DNA of 64,000 nt, from positions 3,100,001-3,164,000 of the forward strand of contig OZ374557.1 in the NCBI GenBank assembly GCA_977862235.1. The letters run 5' to 3'. The notes under the pieces are model-generated. The model was not told the DNA's origin. It did not search any database and saw only the letters and a program-made list of their open reading frames with translations. A program made the position numbers and the translations under genes. Of the stretch, positions 49,848-63,599 are shown piece after piece. This stretch comes from Dudresnaya verticillata (lineage: Eukaryota). Numbering within the stretch: the first letter of the stretch is position 1; each line of letters starts with the position of its first letter.

Positions 49848-51566
49848 CTACGCATCAACTCCACTGCTATGGTCGTCCGCAGAATATTCGGAATCGGAAT
49901 CCGACGAGTTGCGAACATCCGCTGACTTCCTCTGATCTTCTGCAGTAACTGGAATCGTTCTTGGCGCCTTTTCGCCTCGCTGGGACGCATGCGTCTCACG
50001 CTTCTCAGCATTTCCCTGGGAAGACTCCTGATCAGATATACTACGGGTGTCCCTTTCAGACACGTCCAGGAAGGAAATATCTTCTTCCCAGAATTCGTTG
50101 GAGTCATCCCTACAGACGAACGGATTCGCATTCGCAGCGCGTAGCTGGTCTGAAACTTTGTAGACATCCGTAAGAACCCTCATCCTTTCCATATAATGCA
50201 CAGATCTGATTTTAGAAACCTTCGCTTCTTTCTTACGACGCGTTTCACGAGCGAAACGGTTTTCCTTCTTCAGCAAGGCCTTCGCTTCGACGTACTCGCT
50301 GACCAAGTCCTCTAGATTCGGAACTTTTTCGAACTCCTCGATAATCGGAGACGAAGGCAGCGAGTAGGCTTTCTTCTTGTTCTTATGAGGCAGGACCGTC
50401 AAAAACAGCATACGAGAGCTTTGCACGCGGATCTGCGAGGGCATGTCCACAGAGAAAGTGCTTCTCGGTAATATCGTGATGTCACCAGTATGCATCTTGA
50501 ACTTCCTCTCGCCCTCTTCATAAGCAGACGCAAGAGACATAACTTCCGTTCTATGCTCGAACATCTCCCCTTCTTCATCGCTGTCTACCTCGCTCGTTAG
50601 CGTACGGATTGAACCCCCGCCAGTTGTGACGTACGAGAAATCCATGTTGCGCGCAGTTGGAACGGGGCACGCGTCAACGCTGCCTCCTAGATACCATAAA
50701 ACGTAGTAGTCCATTTCCCTCTCGTCGTTAATCCGGCTTCCAGTATAGAACTTAGAATCGGACCCATACTGAGCTGGGGTTAGCAGAGACGGAGTAGAGA
50801 AGCACATCTTCTTCTTGGTGATCGCCGTTAACATCTCGGCACTTCTGCACATGAAATGGGACAGGGAAGCTTCCTGCGGGGGTAGTGTAGGGCGGTGAAT
50901 CACTCTGCGTCCGGACCATGGCTAAGCGGAGTACTGCGCATTGTCCTCTTGGCCTTGTTGTACGTGCACATGCTGTCCCACTCCTCCACCGTTCCCCACA
51001 CCCCGTCCCAGTTGCAGCTCACGTCCGGGATGCATAGGGCCGCTGCCGCATGGTTGTGCTTGAGGCAGTCCCTCATGGATTTCCAACCCCCATACGCGTA
51101 GATAGGGACATCACTCAGAGGGTGATCGTATCCGCTTGCACGCAAAGTCTTGAAGTTTGGAGTCGGATCTCCCTTGTTTTTCTTCTTCGAGGACGATGTA
51201 CGGAGCAGCTGTTGATGAGAAGAAAGCAGAAAGTGAAAAACAACGAGTGAAGTTCCTGAACGTAGACGATGACGACGCGCTTGACTGAAAATGTGGAGTC
51301 GAACCGCGCGCGGCGATGTATTTGGGGGGCTTTGTATACCCTACGGATGTTTGGGAGTAGTGGGGTTCGGAGCTTCGTATCACCTCGAGGACCGTGGGCC
51401 AAGTAACGTCAGCCAGTTTCTTGGGCCATTGCAGACACTCTGGAATATGCGACTGAATCAAACGGCCGTTTCAACGGTCTGAAATTATGCAAGAGATTGT
51501 CCCAGCCCACTGTCGCGCATGAAGTATCATTACAGTTTTCTTAGGGTGCCGCCAATCTGTTCCATG
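49848..51566 (-). pseudogene. Fragmented hypothetical gene; central part resembles a degenerate 2OG-Fe(II) dioxygenase beta-helix fold
   Basis: ORFs 49848-50903, 50900-51145 and 51111-51461 on one strand. Pattern 'QYG..F..(D)..YYVLWYL..GGG..GDITILP..R-MLFLTV'. Metal-binding histidines are not visible. Confidence 0.4.
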
Positions 51567-51898
51567 AATTTACAGCTACGACAAATACGAATACGAAATC
51601 TGTACTACGCACGCGTCGCAGCATACAGGCCTGTGGCCCGGGCCTGAACACGCTCTAGATCTCGCCCGCGCACGCGCACGGGGCACGCAACTCGCATGCA
51701 ACAGTATTTTGGAAATCATTCAAGAACCCCAACGTCGACTCAGTTCCTGCCACGCTAGCGTCCAGATGGAAGTTCATGAACTTCAGAGCAGACGTGCTGC
51801 ATACCACCACCGCTAAACCTCCCACACACACACGCGTCTGCTCTTTGTGGCACACTCGTGCACTAGTGTACTGCCCAGCTGGCGCACACACTTGCGAC

Positions 51899-54036
51899 AT
51901 GGACCCACGCCGCTACCGAAGATGGGCTTGGGCTGCGGCTTACACTCGTCATATTAGGAATCAGGTGCTAGGAAATAACAAGTTCAGCAGTGACGAAGAA
52001 GAGACGCAAGCGGATCTACAAGAGGAAGACCAACGCGGCCAAGTCCGCCAATCGGGAAGGCGTGTTCCGCTCGCGGGAGCGCGAGCGTCGAGGGATACGA
52101 CGCTCAACGACGGTGAAGAAGACAGGACTGTGATCCGCAGCCACGATTTGCAGGGCACCCAAGTTCGCACGCGTACACCCGCGGATCTGACCATTTCGCG
52201 TGAAACCCGGCAGGAGAACACCCACCTGAACGGCAACCATCAGCATGCGGTGGTGCGCGACGCAAGGGATAGACATCACGAGACGGAGACTGCGGCGGCA
52301 ACTGCAGCTGCGACGCATGCGTCTCAAGCCAACGGCGCGCCCGTCGTGGGGCGCCGTCAATCGCGACAGGTGGCGGAGACAGTGGCGGCAACTGCAGTTG
52401 GGACGCGTGCGGCCCAAGCCAACGGCGCGCCCGTCGTGGGGCGCCCCCAGTCTCGACGAGTGGCGGAGACAGCGGCGGCAACTGCAGCTGCGACGCATGC
52501 GTCCCAAGCCAACGGCACGCCCGTCGTGGGACACCCCCAGTCTCGACAGGTGAGGGAGACAGCGGCGGCAACTTCAGCTGCGACGCATGCGTCTCAATCC
52601 AACGGCGCGCCCGTCGTGGGGTGCCGTCAGTCGCGACAGGTGACGGAGACAGCGGCGGCAACTTCATCTGCGACGCATGCGTCTCAATCCAACGGCGCGC
52701 CCGTCGTGGGGCGCCGTCAGTCGCGACAGGTGACGGAGACAGCGGCGGCAACTTCAGCTGCGACGCATGCGTCTCAATCCAACGGCGCGCCCGTCATGGG
52801 GCGCCGTCAGTCGCGACAGGTGGCGGAGACAGTGGCAGCAACTGCAGCTGGGACGCATGCGTCTCAAGCCCGCGGCGCGCTTGTCGTGGGGCGGCGCCAG
52901 TCGCGAGAGGTGGGGGAAGCAGCGGCGGCAGCTGCAGCTGCGACGTATGCGTCCCAAGCCCTTGCGGTGGCCCTGTATGGGAATTTCCATGAGAACTGTT
53001 CTAATACTATTGTCGCAGATATTATCGACAGCATGTTGACGACGATAGTTATGAAGGCCGCGGGAGGTTTGGTGCAGGGCACTGGAGATATTGGGAAGCC
53101 TACAGGTGTGGGAGAGGAAACGCCTGCATCCCTGGGACTGTTCCAAAGAAGCCATGTTCCTCAAGGGGTAAAGCGAAGTGGGAACCCGGATGGCCTGGAA
53201 CCACCGACCAAGAAGCCCAGATCGGACGTAATCGTAGCGGGACAGAGCAGCGTGAAACGGTTGTGCGAAGTTCTTCCCATACAGGATGCAGTTCCGGGCC
53301 TAACCACCTCGGAACGTAAATTCGCGGCCATGAGGAGGAACATACGAGACGGGGGATTCATTGTGAGCTATAGTGAATTGCAGGTGTTTCGAAGGAGGAC
53401 TACTATGGTCAACGACGAGTTCCTGAACTTATTCGTTCGAGCCATCAATCGCCGCAATTTTGAGAGTTGTAAGCGTCCAGACGGTCCCAAAAGGTCTTTC
53501 ATTTTCACATCTTTCCTACTACCCGCACTGGTGACGTCTTCGAGGAAGTGCAATGGCATCGCGTATACACTTTCGAGTAAGTGGTTTGGAAATCAAGTAT
53601 CGGAAAGCTATGGAAGGGAGTTTGTTATGGCTGACTTCGAGATTCTGATGATGCCCTTACACCTGGGTGGCGATCATTAGGCCCTCCTCATCGCTGATTC
53701 TTCTCGTCGCTGTGTTCAAGTGTACGACTCACTGCAAACCACAATGAACAACCAAACCAGGGATGCAGTGCAACGTTTTAAGAGCTACATATCAGGGGAG
53801 GACTCTAATACAAGGCACAGGAGGCGACTTACCCCTTGGACAGGGATCATGGAGTGGCCGACGCATCAGGATCGGTCCCTTCCAAGACAGGACGACGCCT
53901 ACTCCTGTGGGATTTTCGTCATGTTTGTAGCCATTACATTGCGAGGGGTTGCTGCCCTATGTTTGGGATGGAAAACATTACTGTTCTGCGAAGTAGAGCG
54001 GTAGCTATAGTGCAAGGTGTCGACATTTCGAAATAA
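51899..54036 (+). pseudogene. Repeat-containing protein with C-terminal Ulp1/C48 SUMO-type peptidase, disrupted
   Basis: 'MVNDEFLN', 'IFTSF', 'PLHLGGDH*ALL' (TAG at 53678 at the conserved Trp of HW), 'VYDSL' and 'PRQDDAYSCGIFV'. Frameshift near 53935. Confidence 0.9.
52285..52960 (+). repeat. 90-bp coding tandem repeat, ~7.5 copies (ETAAATAAATHASQANGAPVVGRRQSRQVA)
   Basis: GACGCATGCGTC or a variant at 52312, 52402, 52492, 52582, 52672, 52762, 52852 and 52942. Confidence 0.95.
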
Positions 54037-54507
54037 ATGCCCCAATGTCTTTGCTGACCGATGCTAGCATCGTTAACCAAAGCTTTGACTGCCTAGCCCT
54101 TATCGGCTGATAACTTAATATATGCAATTGTATGGGCATTTGCGCTTGTTCAATAAGCAATTTTCTCGACGTTTTCATAGCTGAGGCTCGTTCCATGCAT
54201 GCATGCATGTATAACTGCGCGGTTCTTTGTGGGAGGCATGCGTCCTAGCAATATACAGGCAGGACATCGTAATCGATGTGTGTCGTGCGGAGTGGGACGC
54301 ATATGCGTATATGCCGTATGCATGTGCCTTCACTTATCCGATCCTATAGCGATGACTGCATTTTGAAGTAGTTACATATTGTGTGAAGATATCACATTGA
54401 GGTAAACGGAATCTTTATTTTCGACATACTGGTTCCAGCTGGGCACATGCACGACAATTATAGTACTACAAACTAGTGTGTATTTTGTGCACACATCTTT
54501 CCAACCA

Positions 54508-57500
54508 TTATTGCTCAGCCGTAGCATTGAAATTGGGACAACAAGTACAAGTAAGACGAAGGCATCCGAAGTAGCACCATTCCACATCACAGTCAGACAA
54601 AAGCCGGGCTCGGTTTTCGAATACAGATGTTTGCTTTGCCCGTCCACGAATGTTCCCTATGATGAAATAGAAAGAGAGTAGTGCAACGTAAAAGTGACAT
54701 CCTGAGTTTCTAAGAGATCTGCAAAGAAGCTTGATCCGTCTGTTTCTCTGCTCATGAGAAACTGTATTTGCCAGATCCAACTCCTTATGCGAAGAAGGTA
54801 TAAAGGATGGGGAGCAACCCGTATGGTTTGAGGCATGGAACTTATCTCACACAATAACTGTGTTCTGAATTCCCCACCATAATGTGTGAACAGCACTTGC
54901 ATAAAGACCAGAAGCAAAGTCATAGATGATGTATCGCGGGAATCTGGCAAACTTGGAAGCAATCATGTTCAAAACAACTTTTGGCCCTTCGTCACGGAAG
55001 AGAACCTTGAACCCGAGAACGACTGGATTGGAGCACGAACAAGACATCGTCATGGCTCCTGGCGTGTATTCTTTCTGTTTCTGATAAAATGTCTTCGACC
55101 ACGGACTTATCTTCTCTCTGTTGCTGTAACTCCAATCCTCAGTGACAAACGGAAATGGTCTGACTTGGGGTCGCCCTGGAAAATAGTTGCCAGTTTCAAC
55201 TGCGCAGCGAACAGAGTCTGATTCGTTCATCTTGTGTTCGATTGCCAAGTTCGCGCCATACTTCTCATTCATCTTGGACAGAAGAGCCCCCTTGTCTGCA
55301 ATACTCCATTCCTGGCAGAACTTCAGTGCCGTGAACGTCCTTGTTTCTGACGATATGCCCGCTGCGACCCTCGAGGATGCATTTTCATACGATTTGTAGA
55401 ACGTATCGATGCATTCTGCAGATGATACGTAAAACTTCCCAAGTGCTTCACGTGCTGCAAAACTTTCCTTCTTCAGGTTTCCCTCTGCGTCGCGTTCCAT
55501 CACAGTCACTGTAAAAGTAGCTGCTCGAATAAATCTATTCGTCCTCACCACTTTTCTTTCATTTATTCTTGGACCTATCCCGTGCAAAAATTGCACCAAG
55601 GGGCTAATGTCTTGGTTCAGACACATGCGTCCCATTCCAGAAAGTGACAGTAATTGTTCTCTTCTGATACACTGTGTCAGCGGTCCTTGAAGATCAATTT
55701 GGAACAACCGGAAGATCTCATTGCTTCTGTCTCTATGGTACGCGGTGGTACCTTGCCGAAAGGTTTCTGTCCAGCATGTTCCTGAACGAACAATTGTACT
55801 CAAGAGCGGGCCTTCTAGATGGTCCAAAGTTTCTGAAACAGCCACCAGAACGTTTTCTGTCCTGGACGTCTTTGGATTTGGCTCATCCGGGAAAAAGGAC
55901 GATGTCTCGCTCGAGATCTCGCTTCCAGACACATAGACACCGGCCCTTACTAGGAAGTCCTTGTCCCTATTCCTCAGGAATTGCATCAATGAGCGCAACG
56001 GTTGTAGTAGTCGATAAATCATACTGTCTGTATGGAACAAGGCATTGGAAAGCTCCCCTATAGATTGCAGCCATGTGTTTGATCCTATGTCATTGAAGTA
56101 GTCGTTGGGTGCATTTCCGCATATAGAAGCCGGGTAGAAATGTGTAGGCAGCAAATCGGGCGAGAGTATACGAATAGTTTGAACGAAATCCTCTATGTTT
56201 TGCTTTGTGCAAATGATGTCTTCTCCTTTTGCCGCTCCCAAAAGGATTTTGGGGACTCCAGTCCTTCTGATTAAAGAAGTCATCGGCCTTCGATGCAATT
56301 TTCCACGACCTACTTGAGACGCACGCGTCCCAGACCGATTTGGGAGAGGCTCGCAAGACTCAGAAATGTTCCGTATCGGGAGCTGCAGTCTGCGTTTGTA
56401 TCCTTGCTGAATCCCATCCACGCAAATTATTCGAAGTTCACGACTGGGACCCTCGCATCGCGAGCAAGTGAAAAGGGATTCAACAGGGTTCATAGTCATT
56501 AGTCGTAGCATTAATCCACATAGATTGCGAAGGGTTCGCACAGAACGGCACTGCGGAATGACTGGTAGTAACCCAAACTGCTGGAGCTATATTACTTGTG
56601 AATGAAAGTGTGAGAGCCGTCCACTTAAAGTCCCATTAGACAGTGCCACACAAGTTAGCTCCCGTCTCAGAAAGGCGTGCGTTGTTGCAGACGTCCCAGT
56701 GTCCAGAAGAATGCAGTTTTCTCTGCCTTCTGGTTGGATTTTCGCGTCACACTCTTCAGAACTGCATTTGAATACCTCCATTCTCATTTCACACGGGCCA
56801 ATACTGTACATTACTATGCCTTCCTCGCTCAGTTCCCTCGTCTTGGGGTCTCGGGGAGATCTGCACTTCTGACATATGTTGGGCGCTTGTACAATATACT
56901 TCTCTCGTCGCTGCGCTGTAAGGGCGACTGCATTGTCGACATGCAGTGATCTAGAGCAATTGACAGGGGCCAAGGGAAGGTGTGAAATGTCTTGTGCCGA
57001 TTCTGATTCCTCCTTCTCCATATCATCTTGATCCTCTTCTCGGTTTTCATCAGTATCTAATAGGTTACTGTGGTCCACGGCGATGCTAGTATGTTCACAA
57101 CCCCCTCTATGCAAAGTGTCACAAAACACGCCAGCAAAAAACTTTCCCTTGTTAATAACCCTAACGGGCACAAAGTATAACCATCCTTTCTCTCCCAGAA
57201 GAGAGAAGGTTAAAAGTACCCTTCCATTGTGCATTGATACGGCCTTCGGACATGACATTTTGTATGCAGAAAAGCTCATTTCACTTCTATTCTCATACAA
57301 TTCGGCAACTGCTCGAGCTGTCGTCTTCGTAGAAACACTGTATAGAGAAGAGACCTTCTCAATGAATGAAATAATTCCTTTCAAATGAATGCATTGTACC
57401 TTGTCAAAATTTCCATGCGGTACAGTTTGGGATCCATGCGTCTCTCCTCGTTCTTGTTCGGATTGTGTATGGGCCGATTAAGACTCATGCGTCCCAGTCC

Positions 57501-58435
57501 CAGACGTACCATCCAGATCCCTCTGCGATGAATTCGGCAAGGCTTGGTGTGCCCCGCCCATCCCGTCCCCATGCTCAGATGGACTTGCTTCTTTGTCGAC
57601 GATGTCGATTTCGTCTATTAGAATTCTGAACGAAGTTATTCCAATGCAGGTGCAGAACAGTTTCCCATGCCGTGATATCCATGTCACAACTGCGTGCTTG
57701 TCCATGCCCTTTCCGCCCTCTGCAGCAACTTCTGAATGTGCCAATTTCGTACTAATAACAGGATGTGGGCAGTTCGGAAGGATCTCATGTGGCCCATATG
57801 CCTTCGTACTGTTTTTTTAAGGACATCACGAATAATATTCGAGAACTTCTTTAAACGTTCCCGTCGCTCATCTGGATCAATATTATCTACACTACTCAAC
57901 GGGACTAAATGTGAATCGAGCTCCTTGCAGAGATCTAAGTCACTGCCTCCGCATGCTACGCAAAGTGTCCTAACCAGTACTTCTGGAATTTTTCGTTCCA
58001 TTGCCCTCCGCCTCTGCGCTGGTCTCCGATCATACCGACGCCCGCCACGGTCGTGCAAAGTTCCAGGCCGGGCTTGGCGTTCAAAACACGGAAGTTATTT
58101 GCGTTGCAAGCAGTTCCGTGATCAGATTCCTCCGTACTAGGAATCACTTCGCCGTTATTTTCTTGGACCCGAGAAGTATTTCCCTCACTCAGCCGACAAA
58201 ACGCAGGATCTTGACCTTCATACATTCTCATTACTGGCCATATATCTCGCAGCCCGAACTGAACTTCTTCTGGGACATTTGATATTCCTGCTTCCGTATC
58301 AATTTCATTCCATACCGTATTGCTTCCCACTTCTCCTTCTTGTAGCAACGAATGCACTTGGTGCAATTCTTGCTCAGACCACTCAGACATTCCCCCGCCT
58401 CCCAATGTCATGGAGTGTATCTCGCTAAGAACCAC
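54508..58435 (-). pseudogene. SWIM-like + CxC + KDZ DDE transposase, copy B, disrupted
   Basis: CVDG, 'YTPGAMTMSCSC', 'IIYDFA', 'DKFHASNH-C', 'NTVSHEQRN' and C-terminal LTCTCC; upstream FCTCIG. Colinear with copy A. Stops at 56587 and 54847, with frameshifts upstream. Confidence 0.85.
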
Positions 58436-59094
58436 ACTTCGAAATGGCTAATGTTGTAGATTCAGAACAACAGCCCACAACCGCAGTTCTTCGATGGGCA
58501 CAAAGAAGTACACCTGTGAGCTCGAGCTCACAGATATCTCAGCTCTCGGTATTTATTTGCAGTTCTCGTCGCACTACCCATGGAGGATGATTGGAATGCC
58601 TCGCAGACTCTGTAACGGTATGCCATTCGGGCAATTGTAACATTCTTATATCGAGAGGGGTGTACTACATCCTCATCTGGATACAACCAATAAAAATTAT
58701 TTACTTGGGCCCAAGCTTCCCATATTTCTGCCAATCAATTACCGCCACTGATTGGGACGCGTGCGTGCTATACTAACAATTTTTGTATGAGACTATATGA
58801 AGCACTGTACGACTGATACCACCTTGTTCCGCTACAAGGAAGCGTCCCACGAATGGCATACGCATGCATTCCGGTTTCAGCCCGGCGAAAGCTGTGATAT
58901 TTTGATATTTTGATTCCTGAACATATCATTTGGTGCCGTAACAGCCTCTCGGGAGCCATAAAATCCCGCGAGACTGAAACGAACCGAAACACCTAGAAGG
59001 TTTCAGCCAGATTGCCGCGTTATTCCCCGTAGTACCGTGTGGTCGCACTTCTCACTCGTTTCCCCACACGCTTCTTCACTTCTTGAGCACAAAA

Positions 59095-60570
59095 ATGGGC
59101 ACTCAACTCGATAACGTGCAGAGAAGAGCATTGCAGTCCTTCCGCACTGGGCGATCGCTGGCCATCCTCGGCGGTGCCGGTAGCGGCAAGTCCTTTCTAC
59201 TGCACGAAATTATTGATCACGCAACGAAAGCGGTTGGGGACTACCGGAACATTGCCGTATGCGCTTTCACGAACAGGGCAGCCAAAAGTTTGAACGGGAG
59301 AAACATTCACTCCCTCTTTGCTGCCCCATTGAGTTGGCCTTTTCAAGTGGATAAGCTCCTCGAAGAAACTGCGAAGACTGCGGGCGCTGTTACTACACTT
59401 CGACAAATTCAAGTCCTCATCATCGATGAAATAACACACTTGACCGCAGGAATGCTTGACAGCATAGATGGGGTTCTGAGGGAGCTTTCATCTCCCAGAA
59501 ATTCTTCCCTCCCTTTTGGGGGACGTCAAGTAATTATAGCAGGGGACCCGTTTCAACTCGAGGCGATCCCACAAAGGCATGGAACATCAGAAGAGAATTT
59601 GCAGGTGTTTCATGCTCGCTCCTGGTTCCTTAGCTTCGGGGGATTTGGAACGGGTGCTGTGGCGATTCTTTCGGGTAACCACAGGCAGGCTGAGTCAGGA
59701 GTACTTCGATCTTCTTGAGAGAGTGCGCTGCGGAACATTCAGCGATGAGGACGTCAACAAAATCAACAGAACAAGTGTTGCGATTTCTTCGCCTCCGTCA
59801 CACTACACAAGACTTTTCTTGGAGAATAATGAGGCGGACTCGATAAACGAAACATATCTGGCTAAGATTCGCAATCCTTCCTTCTATCATAGAGCTGAGG
59901 ACAAATTTCACACTGCCCAGCATGGTGGCGTTCACTCCAACTGCATAAGGGTTCTGGATTCAATGGCCCGAAGGGTCATCCACGTAAAAGTCGGGCGATT
60001 GTTCTCACTACTATGAAAACGGGTGCGTTGCTTCCCGGCTCTCGGGGTACAATATGCGGAATTGTAACAAATGCTCATGACACGAGTGCTATTTCGGCAT
60101 TGAAGTTGAGAACTGATGACGACACTATTCACACAATGTCTCCTCGTCTGTTTTCAAGTCGAAACAGAAAAGCAGAAGTAATCGCTACCCGGAGGCAGTT
60201 CGCTATCGTCCCAGCTTATGCCACAACGATTAACAGAGCTCAAGGACTCACCCTCTCGAGAGTGGCTGTTTCATTCAAGGATATTAACAGATGGAAACCG
60301 TTTGGGATGGTATACGTGGCATTGTCAAGATGCACGTCCCTTCAAGGTGTGTGCGCATCAGGGTTAACTAGAGCAAACATTATTGTAAGCCCGTAAGCAA
60401 GGTACTGCTTCACAAGAATTTCGAAGCTGCGAAAATATTATCCTTCTCGAGTAATAGAGGACATGAGTACGTCTAACACTGAATCCTACATTGCTGAAAA
60501 GAAGAGGGTCCGTGGAAGCGCTCACGCCGACTTTCCGGAAGCTTCTGTGCCAAGGCGACGTACGGTATAA
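59095..60570 (+). pseudogene. PIF1-family helicase, copy B, two frameshifts
   Basis: GGAGSGKS, LIIDEI, 'LPFGGRQVIIAGDPFQL', NHRQ, 'RRQFAIVPAYATTINRAQGLTL' and 'YVALSR'. ORFs 59083-59718, 59579-60016 and 60013-60396. Confidence 0.92.
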
Positions 60571-60720
60571 GTGGAATTTGTTCCTTTGGCGCGCTTAATG
60601 CACGTGCATAGTGGTAGGAAGGCACGAACAGCAGATTATATGCACGTATAGAATACCTGCCGCTAGTGGCAATTACTGCCTCTCGGATTCCGCAAGATGT
60701 TCTGATAGAGTCCTCTGGAC

Positions 60721-61113
60721 ATGAGGAACCAGGATCTCCGTGATTCGTGGGAGGGCCTGTGTCGCCAACGTCGGCGGCGCATTCCAGTTCCCGACTCTGG
60801 ATTCGTTCCGATTCTACATATTAGGGATCGTAAGCTGCGAGATGCCGGGATTCGATGGTATTGTGGGTCATTTCCCGGAAAACCGGATGTCCTCAAGACT
60901 CGACTTGGTCCCGAGGTCTACAGGTTGCACAAAGCCCGAATTGAGTCTGGATTGAGTGTGAAGCGTTGGAATGCGGGCGTGCAAGCCCGACTCCTAGATA
61001 GTCTGAAGGCATTTCTGGATGTCTTAGATGACCAAAACTGTGTTGGTCAGAAGCGCAAACGCGAGGATTTGAGTCCCGTGCGCAGAACGACCAAGAAGCG
61101 CAAACCAAGTTAG
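60721..61113 (+). CDS. Small basic hypothetical protein
   Basis: 130-aa ATG ORF with an NLS-like C-terminus; no family recognised. Confidence 0.35.
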   Translation: MRNQDLRDSWEGLCRQRRRRIPVPDSGFVPILHIRDRKLRDAGIRWYCGSFPGKPDVLKTRLGPEVYRLHKARIESGLSVKRWNAGVQARLLDSLKAFLDVLDDQNCVGQKRKREDLSPVRRTTKKRKPS

Positions 61114-61786
61114 CAAATCATCGCATTGGAAGCATGTAGTACCGAATATGTTTTAGAGTTTGCATGAAGGTTGAAGACGTACTCCCTTGCCACATAGTGT
61201 AGCGTAGCTACAACTTAGGACACTGAGGCGTCTCTAAATAAATCACACATTTCGATTCCTTACTCATGAAGCACAGGATGGCACTCATGCAAAGCAATGG
61301 TATTTCTTTAAGATGCATGCGGCGAATGCGTCCTACGGAACAAAAATGGGATTGAATTTTAGGTAGACAGGAAAGGGGAGCATGCGTCCCACAGAAGTAT
61401 ATAAGAAATATAATTCCGCAAATATGCAGCAATTTAAGTCATTAAGTCAGAGACGCACGCGTCTCTGACTGATAATATTTTAATTTTCTTACTAAGACTC
61501 ACGCGTCTCAGAGCACAAAAATAAAAAGTAATTTTTCTCAGACGCACGCGTCTCTGACTGACGCCGCGACGCGGCGTGTATATGGTGCTATGTCCAGAAG
61601 GTCATAATTGTATCCCATTGTGAAAGAGTGGGGCGCATGAGGTTTAAAGAGACGTGTGCGTCGCACTGTTTCCATCTTAATGACAAATCAACCTTTATAC
61701 TCATTGTATCGACTTCCCTTTCAAACCTACAGTTCATTACGAACGAGTGAGATGCATGCGTCCCAGGTACTCGCAACTATTGAAAA

Positions 61787-63361
61787 TCAACCTGCTGACT
61801 GAATGCATTCAATCCGACTTTTGTGCCAGAGAAAAGCCTGGAAAGGAGGAAGACCCGTAACTTGTTTCGGCACTCTTTGATCAGAAACGTGCAGAGCTCT
61901 CATATCCTTCAATTCTCTCGACTTATACCATTCAAAGTAGGGGTACTTAATGTCTTCAGCGTAACCGTCGTCGTCAACCTCGCCAAGATCACAGTGGAAA
62001 TCAGCCAGGAGAACTGCTCCAGTAACATGAAGGGAACCGGGTTCAAAACGCGTTTTCATATTCACTTTCACACCTTTCCAGTCAACAAGAATCGCGGTCC
62101 CGATATCCAAATATTCTCCCTTCACCCTAACCCTTCCAAGACTGTTCTTCGGCCATGACACAGGACGGCAAAGGAGGCTGTCCTTGCTTGGATTTTCGTC
62201 GTCTGCACTCCACGTCCCAGAAAAATAGGTGAGATCGTGTCCCTCCATTATGGAGCAGAACTGAAGTGATGTATTTCCGGAAGGAACAGGTCGGCCCAGG
62301 ACGTGTGTTTCGAACAGGTCAACTTTTCCAGTCCCAAGCTTCCTTACTCGCAAATTGTCTTGGAAAATATCGCAAGTTGCAGTTGGCTTCTCAGGGCAGT
62401 TCCGAGGACAAACTGAGCAGCCTTCTCTATCGTATCCAGAGAGCGCAATGTCCCTTAAAATCTTACCCACTGCGATATGTCTTGGATTCTTCTGCAGAAG
62501 AATTGAGAGGAGAGCGTAGTGAACATCTCGTCCATTTCTGCTCACCTTGCTGATCTGTAACGTCACAGAGTGAGAACCGTTAACTTGAAATGGGCGACCA
62601 TTCAAGCCCTCCCTCAGCGTGGACCGTGCGAAGGACACTTTTCCCCCACGAACACCGTTCGGGACAATGCTGTTATACTTAATTCCAGAAGTCCTTTGTC
62701 CGTCATCTTTCATTTTCTTCTTTGCCGCTTCAAACACGGCAGATACAGCCTGGTTGAGGATTGTTTTCGGTATGAGATCGAAACTGTCGACGTCAGTACT
62801 CCGCTGCCGAGAACGACAACCAGCTGCGCTAAGCATCAGAGAAAGGCATCTTGCTGCGTCCTCATCCCGAATGTGGAACGTTGAAGAATTTAGACTGGAC
62901 AGCTTTTCGATCGGGTTGCACTCGGCCTATTTCGTTTCCCATGGTTGCGTCACCGACCCGGATTATACCCGGTTGATCGGTACTAGTTCCATCACGAATG
63001 GATGGAATAGCCCGATCTGCGATATTGCCTTGAACAGCGCTTCTTCTCACGCCAGGAAGAATATTTCGGGTCTCGGTAAGAGACGCACGCGTCCGAAGTT
63101 GGTTTTCGACCACGTTCGGGCCCCAAAGTACGACGATGTTTTGGCTGTCCCGGCTTTGGTTGTTTTCCTTACCGTATGACTTTGCACTGAGGAGCAGTGA
63201 TATTTTCCAGCTCGCGGATCAGTGTTAATGACGTCTTGAACGAACTGTGCGTTGTGGCGCATATTTTCCAAAGCAGACTTCACCAAACTGCGTTCTCTGC
63301 ATTGTACGGACCCGTATATCGTGTCCAGACAGCGCTCAAGACTGTTGTTAGTGCGAAGCAT
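61787..63361 (-). pseudogene. Conserved transposon-associated protein of unknown function (copy B), fragmented
   Basis: ORFs 63047-63361, 62862-63113 and 61787-62836. Shares motif blocks with 3596-5895. Confidence 0.7.
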
Positions 63362-63481
63362 AGTGAGGATGACAGTTATTCGTAGTTGCCGTCGGTAGGA
63401 GAAGGATGGACATGAAAGGGACAGAGATATTTGAGATCGGGTACTAATTGTTTCAAGTAGGAGAGGGGTGCATCCAATGAC

Positions 63482-63599
63482 CAGAGGTACACTTTGACAT
63501 GTAAAAGTGTACCTCTCTACCCGGTGTACCCCGTCTCTGCCAATGAAAATCGTGAACGGGGTAGAGAGGTACGTTTTTCATGCTCAAAATGCACCTCTG
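63482..63599. repeat. Nested imperfect inverted repeat (~44-bp arms, each itself palindromic)
   Basis: cagaggtacactttgacatgtaaaagtgtacctctctacccggt pairs with acggggtagagaggtacgtttttcatgctcaaaatgcacctctg. Confidence 0.75.

Noticed and set aside
52285..52960. CRISPR-like array (palindromic repeats at regular spacing)
   Set aside because: Whole 90-bp and 48-bp units are repeated in frame with no unique spacers; no cas genes; eukaryotic context.
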